NCBI GenBank assembly: GCA_051439505.1
Contig: JBFRWI010000213.1
Coordinates: 1-35,792 of the forward strand
Direction: 5' to 3'
DNA: 35,792 nt
Source: Hormoscilla sp.
GTDB taxonomy: Bacteria > Cyanobacteriota > Cyanobacteriia > Cyanobacteriales > Desertifilaceae
The notes beneath the pieces are model-generated. The model searched no databases. It was not told the DNA's origin and saw nothing but the letters and a program-made list of their open reading frames with translations. Each line of letters opens with the position of its first letter. The stretch's first letter is position 1. Shown in pieces: positions 28,475 through 35,792 of this stretch. Position numbers and translations under genes: made by a program.

Positions 28475-29953
28475 ATGGCAGTTGAGTACGATTTAGTTGT
28501 GATTGGTGGCAGCACTGCTGGCATCTATGCGGCAGCAGCAGCCGCCCAGATGAAAGCCCGCGTCGCCCTGGTAGTACCCCAACTGTCTGGAACCCTTGGG
28601 AACGCTAGGATTTCCGAGCCATCGGGATGGCAATACCAGCATTGCCTAAATCAGGTAGGTAGGGTAGCTCAACTGCTGCGTGAGAGGGCAGGCTTGGGAT
28701 TTGGTATTTATGGGGCGGCGCAGCACTCCGATGCTAGGGGAATAGAATTTGCTGATGTTCGGCAATGGGCGGCAACTGTCGAAAGTACCCTCCTTCAAGA
28801 GCAAGCACCCGCTCTGTTGGCGTCTTTGGGGGTAGATGCGATCGTCGATCGGGGTGAATTTGTCTTGCACCGCAACATGCCTGTATTTGCAGTCAGCGAT
28901 CGCGGTTTGCGGGCCTCTGCCTACTTGATTGCTACTGGTTCGAGTCCGGATGTTCCGGATCTAGAAGGACTGCTATCTACGGGCTATGTGACGACTGAAA
29001 CCCTGGGCAGTCTGGAAAAACTACCGGAAAGAGTAGCGGTGATTGGATCGGATCCGGTGGGAGTGGAACTAGGTCAGACTTTGGCGAGACTGGGCAGTCG
29101 AGTGACGCTGGTAGTTAGCAGTCCCCAGATCTTACCAAAAGAGGATCCCGAGGCGGGACAATTGATTCAAGCGCAGTTAGAAGCAGAGGGCATCGAGGTT
29201 CTCACTCAAACTGAAGTAACTCAAGCGAAGCTGCTGTCCGATAAAAAGTGGATTCAGGCCGGAAATAAGGCGATCGAGGCCGATGAAATTTTCCTAGCAA
29301 CGGGTCAAGTCCTTGGCGATGTCGCCTCCTTAAATCTGGAGGCAGTTGGGGTTAAGTGGAACAACAGATGCATTCAGACTAATCAAAAACTGCAAACGAC
29401 TAATCCTCGCATTTACGCCTGTGGCGATATTATTGGTGGCTATCGGTTTGGGCATCTGGCTATTTATGAAGCGGGAATTGCCTTAAAAAATGCTTTATTT
29501 TTGCCCATATTTAATGTCGATTACCTCCCAATCCCTTGGGCAATATTTTCTTCGCCCGAGTTGGCCCGAGTGGGGTTGACCGAAGGGCAAGCCAGACGCA
29601 GGTATGGTAAAGATGTCTTAGCAGTACGGCAATATTTTAAAACAGTTGATGCTGCTGTTATCCGAGGCGAAACTACGGGTTTTTGTAAGCTGATTGGGCG
29701 GCGTAATGGCCAAATTTTGGGTGCTACTATTGTCGGACCTGCTGCTAGTGAGTCTATTGGGGCGATCGCCCTAGCGATGGGGCAGAAGATTAAGCTAGGA
29801 TCCCTGAATATAGATGCTATTGTCCGACCTACTCTTTCGGAAATCATTTCCCAAACAATTATGGAATGGAGACGCCAACGTTTTACTCACAATACCCGCA
29901 AGCTAAATTTACTTGAAAGTTTCTTTAATCTGCGTCGTTCTTGGTATAATTGA
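28475..29953 (+). CDS. Pyridine nucleotide-disulfide oxidoreductase family flavoprotein (LpdA/MerA-like)
   Basis: YDLVVIGG, LIATGS and IYACGD motifs and a dimerisation domain. The CxxxxC motif is absent. Confidence 0.85.
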   Translation: MAVEYDLVVIGGSTAGIYAAAAAAQMKARVALVVPQLSGTLGNARISEPSGWQYQHCLNQVGRVAQLLRERAGLGFGIYGAAQHSDARGIEFADVRQWAATVESTLLQEQAPALLASLGVDAIVDRGEFVLHRNMPVFAVSDRGLRASAYLIATGSSPDVPDLEGLLSTGYVTTETLGSLEKLPERVAVIGSDPVGVELGQTLARLGSRVTLVVSSPQILPKEDPEAGQLIQAQLEAEGIEVLTQTEVTQAKLLSDKKWIQAGNKAIEADEIFLATGQVLGDVASLNLEAVGVKWNNRCIQTNQKLQTTNPRIYACGDIIGGYRFGHLAIYEAGIALKNALFLPIFNVDYLPIPWAIFSSPELARVGLTEGQARRRYGKDVLAVRQYFKTVDAAVIRGETTGFCKLIGRRNGQILGATIVGPAASESIGAIALAMGQKIKLGSLNIDAIVRPTLSEIISQTIMEWRRQRFTHNTRKLNLLESFFNLRRSWYN

Positions 29954-29996
29954 GAATTTAGAATTGCTGCACTAGAACATCGGTCAAGTAGAAGTT

Positions 29997-30011
29997 AGAA
30001 ACCGGGTTTCT
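29997..30011. repeat. Palindromic repeat AGAAACCGGGTTTCT
   Basis: Near-perfect palindrome of a type common in filamentous cyanobacteria. Confidence 0.6.
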
Positions 30012-30051
30012 CGTGCCGCTATCGACGAGATATCAATGCTTTGACAGCAGT

Positions 30052-30278
30052 CTATCTACTCCTTCCATCACCATAATCATTATAGTCACCATAAAGATCC
30101 GCCCGACTAAAGCGACAGTCAGCTGGCCAATTGTCTAACTTTAGCGGAATTAGCTTCAGGGGGCCTTTTCGTCAATGACAACCGCCACTTTGTATTTTCC
30201 TGAGGGAAGGTTAGTGGGTATCAAGCAGGTTAGCTTGCCGTCTTCTGCCGCAGTGCCCGTTGTTTCTATTGAGATCAT
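30052..30278 (-). pseudogene. Frameshifted small protein resembling cyanobacterial antitoxin-like proteins
   Basis: AGGAGG RBS, then MISIETTGTAAEDGKLTCLIPTNLPSGKYKVAVVIDE. A shifted frame continues KRPLKLIPLKLDNWPADCRFSRADLYGDYNDYGDGRSR*. Confidence 0.5.
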
Positions 30279-30429
30279 TGTGGTTTCCTCCTGGAGAGAA
30301 AGATCATATAGCAGTTGCCTTTTATTCGTAAAATGGTCCGGACTATTGTCTTATTTTAGCCGAGCTTTCCGATCTGGGATCGGAAAATGGCGATCGCCCT
30401 GGGCGGCAAGCGTTCGAGATGAATATTTA

Positions 30430-31887
30430 CTATTTCTTGAGCTTATCTACTATTTTACCCACTGTCAGGGAGTACAGTTGCGACAACACATCCGATCGCA
30501 CCAACAGGAACCTTCCGAACCTAAACAACAAGGCGGCGGCGATCGCGGCCCCCACAGGCGGTGCCAATAGGATCGCGTAATCCTGGAGAGTTTCCACAGA
30601 AATTAGCTTTTCTACAGATCCTATATTTTCCAAAGACAATTTATCTTCTGTCTTAAGTCGCCCTGCTAGGAAGGAACCTACCGCCCATCCTACTCCCAGA
30701 TCCGTAAGCAATTCTTGAAAGTTTTTATCCCTCTTCACTTTTTCGACCGCGACGGTACTCTCTGTCGCTTTAATTACTTCTTGCAGCAATTTCATCGCCG
30801 TCCACAGGTTACTTTTATCCTTGGTGATTTGCTCCCAATAGTTCTCCTTGAAGTCGGTGATAAATATATCTAAAAATTCCAGGTTTGTCTCCGCTTCTGC
30901 TTTTAACTTCAGGGCTTTCTTTTTCTGTGCGATCTCTGCCCTCTGATAATTTTTCAGATTTATCTCGATCGTCCCTTTCAGCAAATCCAGGGTTTTCAAG
31001 GATTGTATATAGTGAGAGAATGACCCTTGCATCTTCTGTACATTTTCATTCAGGAAGTCTATTTCTCTACCTTTCTTAATACCTTTGTTTATGTCTAATT
31101 CAAAGTTTTCTATCTGACTAAATTTACCTTTTGATTCGTGCTTCAGAATGCGACTCTGTCCGTAATTCCATAGAACTTTGTGGCGAAATAGAAACATACT
31201 CATCCACCCCTTATAGAAAGATCCTGCTAGCTCCTCTGTTTTTCTATCTGGATAGATGATAATGATGACATGGTGGTTATCTTGAATCTCTTGGATGGTT
31301 GTATTTCGCGTCGCATTCTCTTCCATGACTATGCGATATTGGGAGAGTTCAAAAATATCCGCTCCCATCAACTTTCCTTGTCCTTGCAAGTCCTTTTCCC
31401 ACCTTTGGGAATTCGTTAATGCTGCATAGCAAGCTTCCGCAATTTCTGCGGGTGTTTTCTCTGAACCCTCGGGCAACCATCCTGATATCATCCAGGTTTG
31501 ACCGATCGTCCCTTGTGCCCCCTGGAGTTGGTTTTGCTGAATCTCCTCCTTCAGTTCGGCGAAGCATTCTGCCGGTTGCGGTGCAGATTTATCGTTAATA
31601 GAACAGTCTACCTGTAATCCATAAGCATCGTTTATGCATACGGGATAATAATATCCTTGGTAGCATTTTTTGATATCCTCAAATTCTTCCACCTTCTGCT
31701 TGCCCAGTAGCGGGATATATTCAGCTTCAACTTTATTATCCTTGGCAAACAGGTCTTTACCAACATTGGCGGGGAGTTTCTGCTTGAATTTCTCTCTATT
31801 CCGGTCAACTTCCGCTGACGTATCCCCCAGACCCTCTCTGAGATCGTAGAGAAATAGATCCAGTGTGGGATAGACTATATCACTCAT
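30430..31887 (-). CDS. Hypothetical protein with coiled coil and two C-terminal hydrophobic segments
   Basis: 485-aa AT-rich ORF with a globular N-terminus, a helical middle and the hydrophobic segments LGVGWAVGSFLAG and AILLAPPVGAAIAAALLF. Confidence 0.8.
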   Translation of the reverse strand: MSDIVYPTLDLFLYDLREGLGDTSAEVDRNREKFKQKLPANVGKDLFAKDNKVEAEYIPLLGKQKVEEFEDIKKCYQGYYYPVCINDAYGLQVDCSINDKSAPQPAECFAELKEEIQQNQLQGAQGTIGQTWMISGWLPEGSEKTPAEIAEACYAALTNSQRWEKDLQGQGKLMGADIFELSQYRIVMEENATRNTTIQEIQDNHHVIIIIYPDRKTEELAGSFYKGWMSMFLFRHKVLWNYGQSRILKHESKGKFSQIENFELDINKGIKKGREIDFLNENVQKMQGSFSHYIQSLKTLDLLKGTIEINLKNYQRAEIAQKKKALKLKAEAETNLEFLDIFITDFKENYWEQITKDKSNLWTAMKLLQEVIKATESTVAVEKVKRDKNFQELLTDLGVGWAVGSFLAGRLKTEDKLSLENIGSVEKLISVETLQDYAILLAPPVGAAIAAALLFRFGRFLLVRSDVLSQLYSLTVGKIVDKLKK

Positions 31888-32033
31888 TATCTTGTCCGTT
31901 AATTTAATTTCCTACGAATGCGATCGCTCAAGGGAATTGTCGCGCTCAAGTATTTCCCCCTTCGCCCCTACAGGTCATTATGCCAATTTGAGATGCTCCC
32001 TGTCCCCCCCCCCTTACCCAACCGACAAGTTTA

Positions 32034-32534
32034 CTACGAACTTGGGGTAGAGTTAGAAAGAAATTCTTTTAATTTATTAAAGAGTCCTCCTTTTTGGCTT
32101 GCTGACTGCGGGTCAGGCTCACTTAGAATGGGCACAGAGATGTTTTTAAGGTAAGTGATCTCGTCGCCGTCGTCCAAAGGGATCTCGCCACGCTTGACTG
32201 GCTTCTTCTCAGAGGGGAAGACCCGATCGACTTCCTCCCGGGTGGGGAGTAGTTCCTGGAGGATGTTGTCCCCGAGACCATCTAGTTTGGTTTTGGTGGC
32301 AGTAAACAGTTGACTCCAGGTCGGGTTGGCCTCTACTATCTTTCGCAGGTTAGGCTCGATCTTTGGATGATCCGGAGCTATTCGCAGTTGGTCTCCTACT
32401 TTATTTAAGGATTTTTGCTCGTCTACAGTCAGAGGCGGCTCTAAATCTGGCAGAGTGAGCAACAGGGCTAGCACGGTATTGTTTAATTTACTCATGGTCG
32501 GCTGGCATTCGGATCCTTGTAGTGTTATGGTCAA
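32034..32534 (-). CDS. Small helical hypothetical protein
   Basis: 166-aa ORF (start may be the second Met), co-oriented with 30430-31887 and head-to-head with the caspase gene. Confidence 0.7.
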   Translation of the reverse strand: MTITLQGSECQPTMSKLNNTVLALLLTLPDLEPPLTVDEQKSLNKVGDQLRIAPDHPKIEPNLRKIVEANPTWSQLFTATKTKLDGLGDNILQELLPTREEVDRVFPSEKKPVKRGEIPLDDGDEITYLKNISVPILSEPDPQSASQKGGLFNKLKEFLSNSTPSS

Positions 32535-32576
32535 GATTGTATACTAGCATCGAGGTTAAAGTCAAGAGCATTAGTT

Positions 32577-35500
32577 ATGAGTCGAGAAGCTCTAGTAGTG
32601 GGAATAAACCGTTATCCCTTTATGGACGATCGAGATCTGGGGAGAGCGGTAGCGGATGCGGTAGCCATCGCCAAGATGTTGAAAGACCATGGGGGTTTTC
32701 ATGTACGTCTGGTCCTAGCAGCAGCTCCTGCGGATGGTTCGCCGCCGGTGGACCGCAGCCTCATCTCCGATATTAAGCTGGACCGGAAAGGATTGGAAGA
32801 GGCGATCGGGCGGCTATTTAACCCCAGCGAGATCCCCGGCGAGGGTAACGATACTGCCTTATTATTTTTTGCCGGTCACGGTTTTGTGAAGGATCCTGAT
32901 GGCGTTCGGGAAGGATTTTTGGCGACTTCCGATGCTGATGGCGAATACATCTGGGGTGTATCCTTCAATTGGTTGCGCCAGGAGTTGCTCACATCAAAAG
33001 TGCGCCAGAAGCTAGTATGGTTGGACTGCTGTCACAGTGGCGAGTTGTTCAATGCCTACGGAGATCTGAAGGGCTCCCCCGGCAGTATGTGTTTGATAGC
33101 TGCTTGTAGGAGTTTCGAGCTAGCTTCCGAGGGTTCCGAACATGGCGTGCTGACGGGTGCTTTACTAGAAGCGTTGGACCCGAACAACCAGCACCATCAA
33201 AACAACTGGGTGACCAACTACGATTTAGTCGATTATATCGACAAGCTGACTACTACTCCTCAAGCTCCTGTCACGCACAACTTTAAGGGCGAAATAGTCA
33301 TCACGGGTCCAAAGGACATTATTGATCAGGCGAAGCTGCAGGAGAAATACTGTCCTTATAAGGGGTTGGAGTCCTTTGAGTTTGATGATTCCGAGTATTT
33401 CTACGGTCGGACTGCTCTAATAGAGCAAATGTTGGACCGGTTGAGTGCCAGCAATTTCTTGGCCGTTTTGGGTGCCAGTGGGTCTGGTAAATCTTCGGTG
33501 GTGAAGGCGGGACTGCTGCGGAAGTGGCCCGAAAGAATGGGGTTGAGCGGTAGCGATGCATGTAAGTTTGTTATCTTTCGACCCGGAGAACATCCCTTGC
33601 AGAGTTTGGTACGGGCCTTTGGGGTACCAGATGAGTACGATCTGAGTTCGGTAGATTTGGCGCAGTTAGTGCGGGATGCAGCTGCTCAGTCAGTGGTGCT
33701 AGTGGCGGACCAGTTTGAGGAGATCTTTACCCTCTGCCAAGATATCCCATCGAGAGAACGGTTTTTGGCCTGTTTGCTGGGGGCCTTAGAAGCATGCGGT
33801 GAGAGTCTGCACGCGATCGTGACCATGCGGGCAGATTTTCTGGGGTCCTGTGTTGAGCGGGAGTATTCTGGTTTGAACAAAAAAATTCAGGATAATCTGA
33901 TCCTCGTTACGCCCATGAACCAGGCAGAACTGCGAGAGGCGATCGCAAAACCAGCAGATAAAGTGGGGTTGCACGTGCAGGAGGTGTTGATCGAACAGAT
34001 ACTCAAAGATGTCGAAGGACAACCGGGAATCTTGCCCCTACTACAGTATACTCTGCGGGAACTGTGGCAGAATCGGCTGGTGCATCGCTGGACATTGGAA
34101 GAATATGCCAAGATGGGAGGTGTCACCCGTGCATTGCAAAAACGTGCCGATGAGGTTTATGAGTCTCTAAATGAAGAACAGCAGTCCGCTGCCAAGTGGA
34201 TTTTTCAGAACTTGACTCAGATCTCAGAAGATTCATCAGATACGCGCAAGCAAGCTCTCAAACGGGATTTGATCGGCGATCAGTACCCACAAGAGATAAT
34301 AGATGAGACCTTAGACAAGCTAGTGGCAGGGCGGTTGCTGGTGACTAGCGAAAAAGGAGGAGAGACGACGGTAGATGTGGCCCACGAAGCCCTGATTCGT
34401 CATTGGAAACTCTTGCGGGATTGGGTGGAAAGCGAACGGGAAGCGCTGAAGTTCAAGCACAAAATTGAGTTGGACGCTCAAGAATGGTTAGATAAAGGCA
34501 AGTCGGACGCTCTCTTACTTTCCCCCGGGAAGTTGGAGGAGGCCTCCAGAGCCCTGAAACAATACGAAGAGTGGGGTTTGTTGTCAACACTGGTAAAGGA
34601 GTATATTGAAGAGAGCCGTCAGCTACAAAAGGAGCGAGTTACCCTCCCCCAGATGCGTGCCGATGCCGCAGTCGCCCATAATTTACTGAATGCCAATCCT
34701 GTATATTCCCTGGCCTTGGCAATAAAAGCAGCAGGCGATAATCTCGGTCTAGAGAAATATCGAGAGAGAGATGAGGGGCTAGAGCACTACGTGCAGTCGA
34801 GCTTGCGTAACGCTATTACCAAAGTCCGAGAGACAAATAGGTTCTCCGGTCATGAAAATTCGGTATGGTCAGTAGCATTTAGCCCGGATGGAAAGCGGAT
34901 AGTAAGTGGCAGTAAGGACAATACTATCGGGTTGTGGGATTTAGAGGGAAACCCGATAGGAGAGCCTTTTAGGGGTCATGAAAATTCGGTATGGTTAGTA
35001 GCATTTAGCCCCGATGGAAAGCGGATAGTAAGTGGTAGTTCCGACAATACTATCAGGTTGTGGGATTTAGAGGGAAACCCGATAGGAGAGCCTTTTAGGG
35101 GTCATGAAAATGAAGTTTTGTCAGTGGCATTTAGCCCCAATGGAAAGCGGATAGTAAGTGGCAGTTCCGACAATACGATCGGGTTGTGGGACTTAGAGGG
35201 AAACCAGATAGTAGAGCATTTTAGGGGTCATGAAAATTCGGTATGGTCAGTAGCATTTAGCCCCGATGGAACGCGGATAGTAAGTGGCAGTGATGACAAT
35301 ACGATCGGGTTGTGGGACTTAGAGGGAAACCAGATAGGAGAGCCTTTTAGGGGTCATGAAAATTCGGTATGGTCAGTAGCATTTAGCCCCGATGGAAAGC
35401 GGATAGTCAGTGGCAGTGATGACAATACGATCGGGTTGTGGGACTTAGAGGGAAACCAGATAGTAGAGCCTTTTAGGGGTCATGAAAATTCGGTATGGTC

Positions 35501-35711
35501 AGTAGCATTTAGCCCCGATGGAACGCGGATAGTAAGTGGCAGTGATGACAATACTATCAGGTTGTGGGACTTAGAGGGAAACCAGATAGTAGAGCCTTTT
35601 AGGGGTCATGAAAATTCGGTATGGTCAGTAGCATTTAGCCCCGATGGAAAGCGGATAGTAAGTGGCAGTTCCGACAATACGATCGGGTTGTGGGACTTAG
35701 AGGGAAACTAG
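32577..35711 (+). CDS. Caspase (peptidase C14)-STAND NTPase (nSTAND1-like)-WD40 protein
   Basis: ALVVGINRY, FAGHG and LDCCHSG (His-Cys dyad); CPYKGL, GASGSGKSS, DQFEE and LPLLQYTL; C-terminal WD40 repeats. Confidence 0.92.
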   Translation: MSREALVVGINRYPFMDDRDLGRAVADAVAIAKMLKDHGGFHVRLVLAAAPADGSPPVDRSLISDIKLDRKGLEEAIGRLFNPSEIPGEGNDTALLFFAGHGFVKDPDGVREGFLATSDADGEYIWGVSFNWLRQELLTSKVRQKLVWLDCCHSGELFNAYGDLKGSPGSMCLIAACRSFELASEGSEHGVLTGALLEALDPNNQHHQNNWVTNYDLVDYIDKLTTTPQAPVTHNFKGEIVITGPKDIIDQAKLQEKYCPYKGLESFEFDDSEYFYGRTALIEQMLDRLSASNFLAVLGASGSGKSSVVKAGLLRKWPERMGLSGSDACKFVIFRPGEHPLQSLVRAFGVPDEYDLSSVDLAQLVRDAAAQSVVLVADQFEEIFTLCQDIPSRERFLACLLGALEACGESLHAIVTMRADFLGSCVEREYSGLNKKIQDNLILVTPMNQAELREAIAKPADKVGLHVQEVLIEQILKDVEGQPGILPLLQYTLRELWQNRLVHRWTLEEYAKMGGVTRALQKRADEVYESLNEEQQSAAKWIFQNLTQISEDSSDTRKQALKRDLIGDQYPQEIIDETLDKLVAGRLLVTSEKGGETTVDVAHEALIRHWKLLRDWVESEREALKFKHKIELDAQEWLDKGKSDALLLSPGKLEEASRALKQYEEWGLLSTLVKEYIEESRQLQKERVTLPQMRADAAVAHNLLNANPVYSLALAIKAAGDNLGLEKYRERDEGLEHYVQSSLRNAITKVRETNRFSGHENSVWSVAFSPDGKRIVSGSKDNTIGLWDLEGNPIGEPFRGHENSVWLVAFSPDGKRIVSGSSDNTIRLWDLEGNPIGEPFRGHENEVLSVAFSPNGKRIVSGSSDNTIGLWDLEGNQIVEHFRGHENSVWSVAFSPDGTRIVSGSDDNTIGLWDLEGNQIGEPFRGHENSVWSVAFSPDGKRIVSGSDDNTIGLWDLEGNQIVEPFRGHENSVWSVAFSPDGTRIVSGSDDNTIRLWDLEGNQIVEPFRGHENSVWSVAFSPDGKRIVSGSSDNTIGLWDLEGN

Positions 35712-35792
35712 ATAGTAGAGCCTTTTAGGGGTCATGAAAATGAAGTTTTGTCAGTAGCATTTAGCCCCGATGGAAAGCGGATAGTAAGTGGC
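34848..35792 (+). repeat. 126-bp near-identical tandem WD40-coding repeats
   Basis: ggtcatgaaaat recurs every 126 nt from 34848. The array continues past the stop codon to the window edge. Confidence 0.95.

Noticed and set aside
1..35792. Frequent GCGATCGC octamers
   Set aside because: This is HIP1, a well-known genome-wide cyanobacterial feature; it was used only as a taxonomic clue.

Overview
This is a cyanobacterial chromosomal window, judged by abundant HIP1 GCGATCGC octamers, heptamer tandem repeats, psbY and a TIGR02652-like gene. The core is housekeeping: cobW-like GTPase, dtd, mreBCD, ssb, tRNA-Lys, aldose epimerase, AAA ATPase, VOC protein, gamma-CA family, psbY, folC, pilMNOQ, an RTX Ca-binding protein, HU, cobD and a flavoprotein oxidoreductase. 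Three accessory modules stand out. (1) 905-4693 is a retron-like locus: a SWIM zinc-finger gene and a retron-type reverse transcriptase separated by two tandem, diverged ~250-nt structured ncRNA units. Their differences are base-pair compensatory, and each has a predicted sigma70 promoter. The second promoter is a copied fragment of the SWIM coding sequence. A further orphan structured RNA candidate is predicted on the opposite strand at ~135-340. (2) ~26570-28370 is an IS607 element with a nonsense-mutated serine-recombinase tnpA, overlapped in another frame by an intact TnpB with the Fanzor-type rearranged RuvC site. (3) 30430-35792 holds a caspase-STAND NTPase-WD40 gene, which stops after exactly seven near-identical repeats, and two divergent uncharacterised genes. 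All family calls come from reading motifs by eye; no searches were run.
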